The notes under the pieces: generated by a model | The model's input: only the letters and a program-made list of their open reading frames with translations | Told to the model about the DNA's origin: nothing | The model's database searches: none | IMG/VR virus record: IMGVR_UViG_3300027769_000124 | Span: 1 to 24,811 of that record | Source of the DNA: a virus | Taxonomy: Duplodnaviria > Caudoviricetes | Strand: one strand, 5' to 3' | Length of the DNA stretch: 24,811 nt | Position numbers and translations under genes: made by a program | Shown here: in pieces, positions 1-9,214 of the stretch | Position numbering within the stretch: position 1 is the stretch's first letter | Layout: each line of letters starts with the position of its first letter

Positions 1-66
1 GGTGATCGCGCGGGACCGATCATCTTCCGCGATCAAACTCGCTATTGTATTATAAACGCACCACTA

Positions 67-279
67 ATGACAAACGCTGCACAATACGTCATGCTTAATT
101 TTGGGCATCACACACTGCGCTGGCATCTCGCTCAGATCCGCGCTGGACGTTCTACGGCTGAGCAGATTGCAGGTTACTACCAGCCGAATCCAAAAGACCC
201 AGAGCAGCGCACAATCTGCAAAGGGTTGGCTGACCTGCTCAAAGCGAAATCCGAAGATCTTCCCGAAAGTCTCCGATGA
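67..279 (+). CDS. hypothetical protein (70 aa)
   Basis: ATG start; stop overlaps the next start (ATGA at 276-279), the coupling pattern used throughout the window. Confidence 0.6.
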   Translation: MTNAAQYVMLNFGHHTLRWHLAQIRAGRSTAEQIAGYYQPNPKDPEQRTICKGLADLLKAKSEDLPESLR

Positions 280-893
280 CACAAAGCGAATACGTTAAGC
301 ACTCTGGTCTAACCAAAGGACGAGTCTCTCAGTTGGTTTCAAAGGGAATGCCTTTGGACTCCGCTGAAGCTGCGGACGCTTGGAGAGGCTCTGGAGCGCA
401 AAGGAGGAAGGCTGCTATTGAAGCGAGCCACATTCGGTCAGAGCCGATAGACGGACCTTACCGTCCACCGGAAGCCGAAGAGAAGGTAGACCGCTCGCAA
501 GTCGCTAATGACACTCCACAGGGAGCGTATGAGCGGCAGAAGGAGATTGAACGTGCTGCCTATGGTCTAGCCGTCGAAAGCCTCAGAGCGCGATCTCTGG
601 ATGCTGGCCGTATGGTCTCGGTTCACTCAACCGCTGCGAAGAATCTCATCAATTCAAAGCAAGACGTTCTGGATCTCGCTGAGCGTGAGCGCAAACTAGT
701 CTCTGGTGATTGGGTTAAGAAAGCGATGCTGGACCATGATGGAGCGGTTGCTCAGTTGCTGAAGAGTATGCCTAAGCAGTTGGCTGGACGCATTGCACCC
801 CATGACCCAGAACACGCTGAGAACGAGCTAGAGCGATGGGTGCAAGATGTATGCTTGAAGACGTTACACCAGACGGACCCATGGAAATCTTGA
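276..893 (+). CDS. terS: terminase small subunit (Nu1-like)
   Basis: N-terminal HTH-like MTQSEYVKHSGLTKGRVSQLVSKGMP, coiled coil followed by 'ERERKLVS...LLKSMPKQLAGRIA' as in Nu1-type proteins; upstream of GpA-type terL. Confidence 0.8.
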   Translation: MTQSEYVKHSGLTKGRVSQLVSKGMPLDSAEAADAWRGSGAQRRKAAIEASHIRSEPIDGPYRPPEAEEKVDRSQVANDTPQGAYERQKEIERAAYGLAVESLRARSLDAGRMVSVHSTAAKNLINSKQDVLDLAERERKLVSGDWVKKAMLDHDGAVAQLLKSMPKQLAGRIAPHDPEHAENELERWVQDVCLKTLHQTDPWKS

Positions 894-1375
894 ACTGCCA
901 GAAGCCGCGAGGGCTAGAAGCACTCCGTCAAAACAAGATCGCGCTGCGAGCCATTGAGCGTGACACGGTTCTCCGGTTTTTGCCAATCGCAGACGATAAG
1001 CCGTCGCGCATTGACGGGTTCATCTGGAACCAAAACTCTGGCGTAATTACCGGAAGTTATGAGGTGAAATCTCGGAATTACGGACTAGCAAAACTGGAAT
1101 CAACCTTCGGCAACCAATGGATGATTTCATGGTCTAAGCTCCAAGCCGCTCTTGAAATTACGAAGCACACTAAGTTGCCATTTTGGGGAGTTCTGCACTT
1201 GGAACCAGACGGTCTGGTGCTGATGGTTGAAATCTTCAACGAGAACGCAACGTGGGGTTGCAACGTGCAGTTGCGAGACAAGCTCATGGATGGGGTCAAC
1301 GAGCGGATGGCGTTCTTGAATATGAGTGAAGCTCGAAAGCACCGGATCAAAGAATCCAATACGGAGTTGTTCTAA
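881..1375 (+). CDS. putative PD-(D/E)XK-superfamily nuclease
   Basis: SRIDGF...YEVKSRN matches the D...ExK catalytic pattern; ATG at 881 preferred over 836 (short overlap with terS); stop coupled to terL (TAATG). Confidence 0.6.
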   Translation: MEILNCQKPRGLEALRQNKIALRAIERDTVLRFLPIADDKPSRIDGFIWNQNSGVITGSYEVKSRNYGLAKLESTFGNQWMISWSKLQAALEITKHTKLPFWGVLHLEPDGLVLMVEIFNENATWGCNVQLRDKLMDGVNERMAFLNMSEARKHRIKESNTELF

Positions 1376-3225
1376 TGCTTGATCTACAGCGCGAAATCTT
1401 AGAGTTCCGTCGTCAGATCTACCGTCCGTCTCCACGGCAAACGGTTGTCGAGTGGAGCGAAGCCAACCTCACGTTGACTCAGCGTCAGACTGAACATCCC
1501 GGTCCATTCTCCACGGCTGTCAGACCATATTGCAGAGAACCGCTTGAGTGCTGGAAAGATCCGTCAGTCTCTGAGGTGACTTTGTGTTGGGGGTCTCAAA
1601 CCTCCAAGACGACGACGCTCATGGCTGGATTGGCTTGGGCTATCGACACAGAACCGAGTCCCGCACTGTGGTTGATGCCGAGTGAGAATCTGGCTCGCTC
1701 ATTCAGCAAATCGCGCTGGATGCCGCTTCTGGAAGACTGTCCCGCATTGGTTGCGCGGTTCCCTTCGGATGCAGACCAGATGACCAATCTAGAGCAGCAA
1801 TTTGATCGCTGCACTTTGACCTTTGTTGGGTCCAACTCACCGGCAAATCTAGCGTCACGACCTGTTCGCATTTTGGTCGCTGATGAGGTGGACAAATTCG
1901 CTGAAGCAACCGCGAAAGAAGCTGATGCGCTGGACCTCGCAGAGCAGCGGCTCAAAGCATTCTCAAGCTCCAAAGCGTTCTTCACCAGCACTCCGACAAC
2001 TTCAGAAGGTAGAATCTGGCAGCGTTACCTTAGAGGGGACCAGCGACGGTATTACATTCCCTGTCCGCATTGCTCCGAGTACATCAAGTTGGAGTGGAAG
2101 CAAGTCACTTGGGACAATGCTAAGACCGAAGACGGGAAACCAGACTGGCAGCGCATCCGGTCGTCAGCACATTACGTTTGCCAACTCTGTCAGGGTAAGA
2201 TTTCGGATTCCCACAAAGTTGCAGCGTTGAGACACGGGAAATGGATTCCAGAGAATCAAGCGAGCTTGCCGAGTGTCCGATCTTACCACTTGTCGTCTCT
2301 CTACTCACCGGATCGTAAATGCACTTGGGGACACTTGGCCGTCTCGTTCTTGGAAGCCAAAAGCTCAATGATGGGATTGCAGGGATTCATTAACGGTATG
2401 CTCGCAGAACCGTGGGAAAACCAAGAGTCCCAACAAGAGCGAGTTGAGATTGTGTCTGATGCTGGACTCCCCGAAGCCAGACGCTACCTAACCGCAGACG
2501 TTCAAGCCGCCGCTCCGTTTGTCTGGTGGGTTTGCCGAGAGTGGAGCAAAGGCAATTCGCGTCTTGTCGCTGCTGGTCATGCAGACGATTTCGCTGCACT
2601 TCGACGGGTTCAACTTCAATACAACGTGCATGACATGGACGTTGGGATTGACTCCGGCTTCAACACACAAGCCGTTTATGATGCTTGTGCTGAGTTCTCA
2701 CAAAGCAGCGTTAATCCAATCACATATCCCTGCGGTCTGAGGTATCCACCAGAAGGAGGGTTGAGAAAGCCGATGCTTATCGGTTGGATGCCAATGAAAG
2801 GCCGAGAAACCGGAGCGCGATTCACCAGCAAGACTGGTGCAATCCATCCCTTCGGCATTACGACATCAACGTCAATGCGGACTGATGCGGTCCAGCCTCT
2901 TCTGGTCTTCGATACTGAACACATGCGGGAAGTGCTTCAGCGGCTCCGTAAAGGGTCCGAGAATCATCAATGGACTGTTTGCAGCCTCCCTGCACCACTT
3001 GAGGCTGAGGGAGCATTTGCGGCTGATTCTGATACATACTGGAAGCACTTGGATTCTCACGTTCTCAAGCCAACGGCTAACAGAGCGGGACGAATCAAAC
3101 ACTTGTGGTTCAAGCGAAACACTCGCTGGCCCGATCATTTGCATGACTGTGAATTGATGCAATTGGCGATGGTGATGCTGTGGAACGATCTCGCATCTAC
3201 TAGTTCTGACAATTCTAGTAGTTGA
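1375..3225 (+). CDS. terL: terminase large subunit, lambda GpA family
   Basis: RPYCREPLE (adenine-binding region), Walker A-like GSQTSKTT, Walker B ILVADEVD, STPT coupling motif, GDQRRYYIPCPHC...CQLC, SYHLSSLYSP, C-terminal DHLHDC nuclease motif. Confidence 0.95.
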   Translation: MLDLQREILEFRRQIYRPSPRQTVVEWSEANLTLTQRQTEHPGPFSTAVRPYCREPLECWKDPSVSEVTLCWGSQTSKTTTLMAGLAWAIDTEPSPALWLMPSENLARSFSKSRWMPLLEDCPALVARFPSDADQMTNLEQQFDRCTLTFVGSNSPANLASRPVRILVADEVDKFAEATAKEADALDLAEQRLKAFSSSKAFFTSTPTTSEGRIWQRYLRGDQRRYYIPCPHCSEYIKLEWKQVTWDNAKTEDGKPDWQRIRSSAHYVCQLCQGKISDSHKVAALRHGKWIPENQASLPSVRSYHLSSLYSPDRKCTWGHLAVSFLEAKSSMMGLQGFINGMLAEPWENQESQQERVEIVSDAGLPEARRYLTADVQAAAPFVWWVCREWSKGNSRLVAAGHADDFAALRRVQLQYNVHDMDVGIDSGFNTQAVYDACAEFSQSSVNPITYPCGLRYPPEGGLRKPMLIGWMPMKGRETGARFTSKTGAIHPFGITTSTSMRTDAVQPLLVFDTEHMREVLQRLRKGSENHQWTVCSLPAPLEAEGAFAADSDTYWKHLDSHVLKPTANRAGRIKHLWFKRNTRWPDHLHDCELMQLAMVMLWNDLASTSSDNSSS

Positions 3226-3251
3226 CTTCACAGTTGGTCTGTGAATAGTCC
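3222..3251 (+). promoter_or_regulatory. candidate promoter with palindromic spacer (TTGACT; TTCACAG-N5-CTGTGAA)
   Basis: TTGACT at 3222-3227 overlapping the terL stop; perfect 7-bp inverted repeat 3227-3233/3239-3245; -10 element is weak. Confidence 0.4.
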
Positions 3252-3257
3252 GCCCAA

Positions 3258-3659
3258 GTGTTGACCTACACCGTAGCAACTAAGCGGAGTTATTTGCGTA
3301 CTACCTACGCAAGCAAAGCTGCTTTGAGCTTGCTGGAAGCTTTGACGGCAAAGCTAACGGTTGCCGCAAACGCTATAGAGTCCGGTCAAGTTGTCCGCTC
3401 AACTTCTAGTTCTGACGTTTCCGTTGAGTTCGCTGAACCCGGTAAGGGTTCCGCTTCCGCTGGTGAAATGTTGGAAATGTGGGAATCACTGCTGTCAGAC
3501 TACGATCTTGCCGTGACTCTATTGGCTGGAGACGGAATCACTAATCCGTCAGATCTCCAGATCTATAACAAGATGCTTGGAACCATTCTGGTGGCGGTTA
3601 CTCGGTATTACGGTGATTTCACACAGTTCCGTCGTGAAGCCACAACCCGAATGAGCTAA
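3258..3659 (+). CDS. putative head-tail adaptor / head completion protein (gpW position)
   Basis: Sits between terL and portal as lambda gpW does; helix-hairpin-helix-like pattern (AIESGQVVRSTSSSDVSVEF); GTG start. Confidence 0.5.
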   Translation: MLTYTVATKRSYLRTTYASKAALSLLEALTAKLTVAANAIESGQVVRSTSSSDVSVEFAEPGKGSASAGEMLEMWESLLSDYDLAVTLLAGDGITNPSDLQIYNKMLGTILVAVTRYYGDFTQFRREATTRMS

Positions 3660-5236
3660 TGGGAATCCTTCAAACCATTGCGAATAAGTTGTTTCCCGCT
3701 CCCGTTAACAAATACGAAGGAGCCGGTCAGTCTTTGCGTCGTTCGTATCTTGATACGTCTTACACTTCGGCTCGCTTTGATGTAACGAGTTCAACCCGAC
3801 AAGCGATTGTCCGTAAGTCCCGCTTCTTTGAGCAGAACAACGCTGTTCTAAATAGACTTGGGGATCTGTTTGAGTCGTACACTGTTGGTTCTAGTTTCTC
3901 GGTTCAACCCGCTTCTAGTGATCCAGCTTGGAATCTCAAAGCCAAAAAGTGGTTCGATGTTTGGAGCCGTTATCCCGATATTGGTTCGCGTCAGTCGTTT
4001 GCAACACTGATGAGTCAAGCGGCTCGCGGTTGGTTCTTCGACGGCGAGAGTTTCATCCTTTTGACCAAAGGTGAAAGCGGGAAGCCGAGATTGCAGCTCA
4101 TCGAAGCTCAGTCGATTGCGACTCCTGCTGGAATGGAGGCAGACCAGACCGTGTTTGACGGTATCCGGTTTGATCCTAAGACTGGACGCGCAATCTCGTA
4201 TTTTATCGGATCGGAGAAGACTCAGGGTAATCTTACTGACGTTCGTTCAATTGGTTCAGACTCGGTGGTTCACATTTACGAGCCGAATCGTCCCGGTCAG
4301 CTTAGAGGTCTTCCGTTTGTTAGCGCGGTTATCAATGATCTTCACGATCTCGACGACTTGCAGAAGCTGGAGATGGAAGCTTGTAAGTTAGGTGCTTCCG
4401 TCGCTCAGATCGTCAAAACCGTCTCCGGTGAGGTCCAAGCATCCAGCCTCCGGTCTGGTGGAATCTCGCAAACCACTCAGAACACTGCGGAGAACTATTA
4501 CGAGCAAGTCTTTGGTTCGTCTGTTAAAGTACTCAAGAACGGTGATTCATTTGAGCAGTTTGCGACTGAGCGTCCCGGTGTGAATATGCGCGAGTACTGG
4601 CGTCAACTGACCGAGAAAGTCTGTGCTGGTGTTGGTATTCCTTACGTTCTTGTTTATCCCGAGTCCATGCAGGGAACTGTCTATCGCGGTGCGCTAGATA
4701 TGTCTGCTGTGTGGTTTAAGTCTCGGCATCAAGTGATGTCTTCGGCGGCTCGGCGTATTTATGAATATGTCATGGAGTACGCTATCAAGAGCGATCCCGC
4801 TCTCAATGATGCTCCGTCTGATTGGTACGAGGTAGCGATTACCGCTCCGCGCTCCCCAAATGTTGATGTTGGCCGCAATTCCGCTGCACAATTGGCAGAG
4901 TTGGAAGCTGGTATTCTGACTTACGATGAAGTCTACGGTGCGCGGGGTCTTGATTGGCGTTCTGCTTTAGAAGCAAAAGCTCAACAAGCTTTGTTTATCA
5001 GAGAGCTTGCTGGTAAGTACGGACTCCGAGTGTCAGAAGTTTCTACTATACAAGAGGATAGGCCCGAGCGTATTAAGACCGAGCCGACTATTCCGCAACC
5101 TCCTGAACCGTCTCCGTCTGATAGTCCCGCTCCGGTGGCTCCGTCAGAAGGTGGGCCGGTTCCGGTTGTTGAAGAAACTGTTGTCACTGCTAACGCTAAG
5201 AAGACTCGCAAACCGAAAGCCAAGAAAACAGAATGA
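3659..5236 (+). CDS. portal protein, lambda family
   Basis: YEGA N-terminus, RKSRFFEQNN, DGESF, LQLIEAQ, DGIRFD..GR..SY, VVHIYEPNRPGQLRGLP, GVGIPY, ARGLDW motifs. Confidence 0.95.
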   Translation: MGILQTIANKLFPAPVNKYEGAGQSLRRSYLDTSYTSARFDVTSSTRQAIVRKSRFFEQNNAVLNRLGDLFESYTVGSSFSVQPASSDPAWNLKAKKWFDVWSRYPDIGSRQSFATLMSQAARGWFFDGESFILLTKGESGKPRLQLIEAQSIATPAGMEADQTVFDGIRFDPKTGRAISYFIGSEKTQGNLTDVRSIGSDSVVHIYEPNRPGQLRGLPFVSAVINDLHDLDDLQKLEMEACKLGASVAQIVKTVSGEVQASSLRSGGISQTTQNTAENYYEQVFGSSVKVLKNGDSFEQFATERPGVNMREYWRQLTEKVCAGVGIPYVLVYPESMQGTVYRGALDMSAVWFKSRHQVMSSAARRIYEYVMEYAIKSDPALNDAPSDWYEVAITAPRSPNVDVGRNSAAQLAELEAGILTYDEVYGARGLDWRSALEAKAQQALFIRELAGKYGLRVSEVSTIQEDRPERIKTEPTIPQPPEPSPSDSPAPVAPSEGGPVPVVEETVVTANAKKTRKPKAKKTE

Positions 5237-7374
5237 GCTTCACTAAGAAATCAGATTGGCTTTATTTCGCTCCTGCGGCTTCCGCTGGTGAGACTGCGAC
5301 CATTCAGATCTTTGACCAGATTGGCGAAGATTGGTTTGGTGGTAACGGTTTATCTGGTAAGCAGTTCTCTGACGTTCTTGCTGAAGTTGGGAATGGTCCG
5401 CTCTTGGTAGAGATCAACTCTCCCGGTGGTAATGTCTGGGATGGTCTGAGCATCTACAACCAGTTGCGCGGTCGCAAAGCTCCGGTGACCACTCGGGTCG
5501 TTGGCATTGCGGCTTCTATTGCTTCGATTATTGCTCTTGCTGGAGATCGTGTTGAGATGGCTGATGCGGCTCTAATGATGATCCACGATCCTTCTGGAAT
5601 GGCTTCTGGCACTTCCGAGGATATGCGGAAAATGGCTGATGCTCTGGATCAACATGCTGAAGTGTTGGTTGGAGTGTACGCTAAGAAAACCGGACGCTCT
5701 CCCGAGTCCATCCGCGCTGCAATGAAGGCGGAGACTTGGTTCACCACCGCTGAAGCTTTGGCTTTCGGTCTGGTAGACAAACCGATCAAACAGCTTGCGA
5801 TGGCTGCTAAGTGGCATCCCCGCGCTGTTACCAAGACCGCTCCTGAGACGGTCAAGAACAACCTCCGTCGAGGTCTTGAGCAATACGCTGAAGGTCTTGC
5901 CGGTGATGGTCTTGAGAAGCAAACCGTTCTTGAGGCTGAGTCCCTCGTTGCTGGAGAAATCCCCACCGAAGATAAAGTCGAGAAGGCTAATGCTTGGTGG
6001 GGTCGCAATGAACGCTTTCTTGAGGCTGAACCCAATAGTCCCGCTGATGTAGCTGCAAACCTCTGGGGTGGTGCTGCTGGACGCGATTGGTTCCGCGCTC
6101 TGTACGCTCAAATCGAGCGTGAAGAACTGGAGGAAGATGACGATTCCCCAGACGACAAAGTTTCTGCGGATGGCAATAACGCTATCAGCGAAAATGGCAA
6201 AGTTTCTTTGCCGCAACCAACACAACAACCCGACACAAAAGATATGTCCGATAGCACTACTGTGACGGCTGCGGCTGCTCCTGCCGCTTCCGTTGATCTC
6301 ACCGCGATTCTTGCTAAGCTCTCCGCTCTGGAAGCTAGCATGAAGTCTCCCGCCGCTGCTCCTGCTCCTGAGCCGGTGCGTCCCGTGATTCAGAATCTCG
6401 GCAACCCGTTGCTGGAGCAGCACAAAGCGTTTAAGGCTGGTGCTGAGCGTCGTCGTTTCTTGGTCGAGAACCACAGCGAGCTTCTCCGCCAGCAGAGCAT
6501 CTTCGCTCCGCAGAACGCGAACTCCTTTACCTCGACGCTTGTCGTGGATTACCTCGCTGACGCGATCATCACCGTTGCCGCTACCAAGTTGGCGATGGTT
6601 GACGCTTTCAGCCGCAACGTGGGTCTGGACAACCTCCGTCCGAAAGCCATTGTTCGCGTGAAGAAGTTCACGACCGGCACTGCCGCTCAGGTCAATCCGA
6701 CCAACTGGGAGACCAACAACGATTCGACGCTCGCTGCCACTTCGGTGACCGTTAACCAGATCAGCAAGAACTTTACCGTCACTCAAGAAGAGCTGAATCA
6801 GGGTTATGCTCTGGCTGATCTTGCTGCTGGTTCTGCTGATCTGTTCGCTTATGGTATTAGCGACAAGATTACCGCCGTGATGACTGCCGCTAACTACGGT
6901 ACTGCCGTTACGATTGGAACCGCTGCCAACTTCGACACCAGCGACCTCCCCGCGATTCTCGCTGCTGCCAAAAACTATCGTTCCAAGAACCTCGTTCTGG
7001 ACGGTGGACACATCGCTCGCTTGTTGTTCTCGTCGGCCTCTAACACCTTCCCCGATGGCCGTCTGTCTTCGCTTGCGAACGGTCGTTTTGGATTCGATGT
7101 CATCGCCGAGAACAACCGCTGGACTGATGCTGAGACCAACACCGCTGGCTTTGTCTGCGGTCCTGACGCTATCGCCATCGCATCCGGTCTTCCGGTTGGA
7201 ATGGTTGCCGGTGAGTTCATCGAACAGCGCACGGTTACCACCAACAACGGTCTGTCCTGCTTGCTCTCGGTCTGGTATTCCCGCGCCACACGCTCGCACA
7301 TGGCTTCCTACGACATCATGTTTGGTGCGGCTGCGGCGGACACGACTCAAGCCGAAGTATTGATCACCGCTTAA
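5233..7374 (+). CDS. ClpP-type prohead protease fused to scaffold/major capsid protein
   Basis: INSPGGNVWDG, GIAASIAS (Ser), MMIHDP (His), ETWFTTAEALAFGLVD in first ~190 aa; C-terminal ~290 aa has capsid-like size, strong codon bias and ending (SYDIMFGAAAAD); no other capsid candidate in the head module. Confidence 0.85.
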   Translation: MSFTKKSDWLYFAPAASAGETATIQIFDQIGEDWFGGNGLSGKQFSDVLAEVGNGPLLVEINSPGGNVWDGLSIYNQLRGRKAPVTTRVVGIAASIASIIALAGDRVEMADAALMMIHDPSGMASGTSEDMRKMADALDQHAEVLVGVYAKKTGRSPESIRAAMKAETWFTTAEALAFGLVDKPIKQLAMAAKWHPRAVTKTAPETVKNNLRRGLEQYAEGLAGDGLEKQTVLEAESLVAGEIPTEDKVEKANAWWGRNERFLEAEPNSPADVAANLWGGAAGRDWFRALYAQIEREELEEDDDSPDDKVSADGNNAISENGKVSLPQPTQQPDTKDMSDSTTVTAAAAPAASVDLTAILAKLSALEASMKSPAAAPAPEPVRPVIQNLGNPLLEQHKAFKAGAERRRFLVENHSELLRQQSIFAPQNANSFTSTLVVDYLADAIITVAATKLAMVDAFSRNVGLDNLRPKAIVRVKKFTTGTAAQVNPTNWETNNDSTLAATSVTVNQISKNFTVTQEELNQGYALADLAAGSADLFAYGISDKITAVMTAANYGTAVTIGTAANFDTSDLPAILAAAKNYRSKNLVLDGGHIARLLFSSASNTFPDGRLSSLANGRFGFDVIAENNRWTDAETNTAGFVCGPDAIAIASGLPVGMVAGEFIEQRTVTTNNGLSCLLSVWYSRATRSHMASYDIMFGAAAADTTQAEVLITA

Positions 7375-7385
7375 TCCTTAAGGAT

Positions 7386-7562
7386 ATGCGTCTAGCGACC
7401 ACCATTGCAGTGGACAAGAACGGCAAGAGTAAGCTCGTTTCTGGTCCCGATATTGACGCGAGTCTCCAACGCGACAATTTCAACACTGTTTCAGTTCCAG
7501 AAGGAGGCAAGCTTATCCTGTGGATACAGGGAGCCTTAGCACCGAAAGTTCGTAAGGGTTAA
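7386..7562 (+). CDS. small hypothetical virion-associated protein (58 aa, MRLATTIAVDKNGKSKLV...PKVRKG), absent from ORF track
   Basis: Translated by hand: ATG 7386 to TAA 7560-7562, fills the gap after the capsid gene. Confidence 0.7.
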   Translation: MRLATTIAVDKNGKSKLVSGPDIDASLQRDNFNTVSVPEGGKLILWIQGALAPKVRKG

Positions 7563-7572
7563 TCCTAAAATT

Positions 7573-7606
7573 GGGGAGGTTGCTGGAAAGTTCCGGTGAC
7601 CTCCCC
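7573..7606 (+). terminator. strong RNA hairpin after capsid operon (terminator or mRNA-stabilising stem)
   Basis: GGGGAGGTTGCTGGA / TCCGGTGACCTCCCC, ~15 bp with three G-U pairs that only work on the + strand transcript; no real U-tract follows. Confidence 0.6.
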
Positions 7607-7623
7607 TCTAACCGAAAGACAAA

Positions 7624-7887
7624 ATGGCCGTTCAAGCAGACATTTCAACCGAGTACAGCATGGGACGACAGGGGTTCCAGCTTGTCACCAGCACCGCCGC
7701 TCAGACCGGAAATTGGTCTGGCTTGATTCCAACTGAGCCAACCGTTTTTACGTCCATCACCGGATTCCAAATTAGCGGCACTTGGACATCCAAAACGATT
7801 CCCGCTGGTTTCCCGCTGGTGGGCAACATCACGGGATTCCAGATTTCATCCGGTAGCGTTGTAGCTTTTCTCGCTCGTTCTGAATGA
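7624..7887 (+). CDS. small beta-rich structural protein (possible capsid decoration)
   Basis: 87 aa, Thr/Gly/Ser-rich, internal repeat ITGFQIS x2, post-capsid position. Confidence 0.5.
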   Translation: MAVQADISTEYSMGRQGFQLVTSTAAQTGNWSGLIPTEPTVFTSITGFQISGTWTSKTIPAGFPLVGNITGFQISSGSVVAFLARSE

Positions 7888-8114
7888 TCGCAAACGGCAT
7901 AGCACTCAATCGGTTGTTCGCCGGTCAAGCCGGTGGCACTGACGCGCCGGTGCTTCGCCGTGATGTCCTCCGTGAAGACGAGGGGTTCCTGTGGCAAGAA
8001 GACGGAACATCCAAACTCGTCATCACATACGGTACTTTTGAATTTCTGTTGAGAGAAGACGCTGGTTTCCTTCAACAGGAAGACCTCTTTAAAATCGCAA
8101 TCCAAGCTAACTGA
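7884..8114 (+). CDS. small structural protein with repeated LREDxGFLxQED motif
   Basis: VLREDEGFLWQED and LLREDAGFLQQED; ATGA-coupled to previous gene. Confidence 0.65.
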   Translation: MIANGIALNRLFAGQAGGTDAPVLRRDVLREDEGFLWQEDGTSKLVITYGTFEFLLREDAGFLQQEDLFKIAIQAN

Positions 8115-8116
8115 TT

Positions 8117-9211
8117 ATGGCAGACTCCAAGATTACAGCCTTAGCGGCCCTAACGGCGGCCGATCCCGCAAACGACATGGTTCCGATCGTCGATGTCTCT
8201 GACAATTCGATGGCGGCATCCGGTACGACCAAGCGCATCTCGATCAACAACATCCTCGCTTGTTCGCCATCCGCCACCCTCGCCAGCCTCAACGTCACCG
8301 GATCTTCAATTCCGGCAAATGGTCTCTATCTTCCGACGACCAACACGCTTGAGTTTTCCGCGAACAGTCTCGCTCAATACCGCATTGCCCCGCTTGGCGT
8401 ATTCTCTTGGTACGACGGCGCAGGCGGCACTCGAATGACCCTGAACTCCACGGGGCTGGGCGTGGGGGTTACGCCGAGTGCGTGGGATACGGCAAATTAC
8501 AAAGCGTTGCAAGTTTCACGCACTGCCGTCGCATCGTTGAGTAATATTGGAATCTTTGCCGCAAACTGGTTCGCTGATACTGGTGGCGACAAATACATTG
8601 CGAACGGAACCGCTGCACGAATCGACGTTAACAATTCCGGTCAAATCCAGTTCAAGATAGCCCCAAATAACACTTTGGGAGCTAATCAACCCATCACCTT
8701 CACCCAAGCGATGACGCTTGATGCGAGCGGGAATTTGCTGGTGGGGAAGACGTCGATTGGTGATTCAAATGTTGGCGTTCAGTTGATGCCGACCGCTGGT
8801 CTGTCGATGAGTTTAGCTTCGCAGACCAACGCTCAAACCACTTGTGCTGTTTATTCGACTACAGCCGCTGACTATCGTTTTTACGTTGGAATGGGCGGAA
8901 CGGTGTATGCCACCAACACGGCCATCTCTCCAATCACTTCCGACGAAAGGTTGAAGCAGAACATTGTCGATTATGACAAGGGGCTTGAGGAAGTGCTTGC
9001 TTTGCGTCCTCGACACTTTGAATACAAAGCCGAGCCTAATAGAAAGTTAGCTGGGTTCATCTCTCAAGAAGTCAAAACAGTGATTCCTGATGCTATTAGG
9101 CCAACATTGCAAGACCCAGAAATGATGACGTATGAAATTGATTGGTATCCTTTGCTTGTAAAAGCCATCCAAGAACTCACCGCCCGCGTCCAAACCCTCG
9201 AAGCCCGCTAA
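8117..9211 (+). CDS. fibre/spike protein with C-terminal intramolecular chaperone (Peptidase S74-like)
   Basis: SDERLKQNI autocleavage motif, GFISQEV, LLVKAIQEL...LEAR coiled end; shaft repeats RMTLNSTGLGVG / AMTLDASGNLLVG. Confidence 0.85.
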   Translation: MADSKITALAALTAADPANDMVPIVDVSDNSMAASGTTKRISINNILACSPSATLASLNVTGSSIPANGLYLPTTNTLEFSANSLAQYRIAPLGVFSWYDGAGGTRMTLNSTGLGVGVTPSAWDTANYKALQVSRTAVASLSNIGIFAANWFADTGGDKYIANGTAARIDVNNSGQIQFKIAPNNTLGANQPITFTQAMTLDASGNLLVGKTSIGDSNVGVQLMPTAGLSMSLASQTNAQTTCAVYSTTAADYRFYVGMGGTVYATNTAISPITSDERLKQNIVDYDKGLEEVLALRPRHFEYKAEPNRKLAGFISQEVKTVIPDAIRPTLQDPEMMTYEIDWYPLLVKAIQELTARVQTLEAR

Positions 9212-9214
9212 TTT

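Noticed and set aside
44-56. AT-rich TATTGTATTATAA as a -10 promoter element
   Set aside because: No matching -35 and upstream context truncated; cannot support
5085-5236. Pro-rich then Lys-rich portal C-terminal tail
   Set aside because: Low-complexity disordered tails are common on portals
5572-7350. 592-aa antisense ORF over the protease-capsid gene
   Set aside because: Codon-aligned shadow of a highly biased gene that avoids TTA/CTA/TCA; translation has no recognisable motifs
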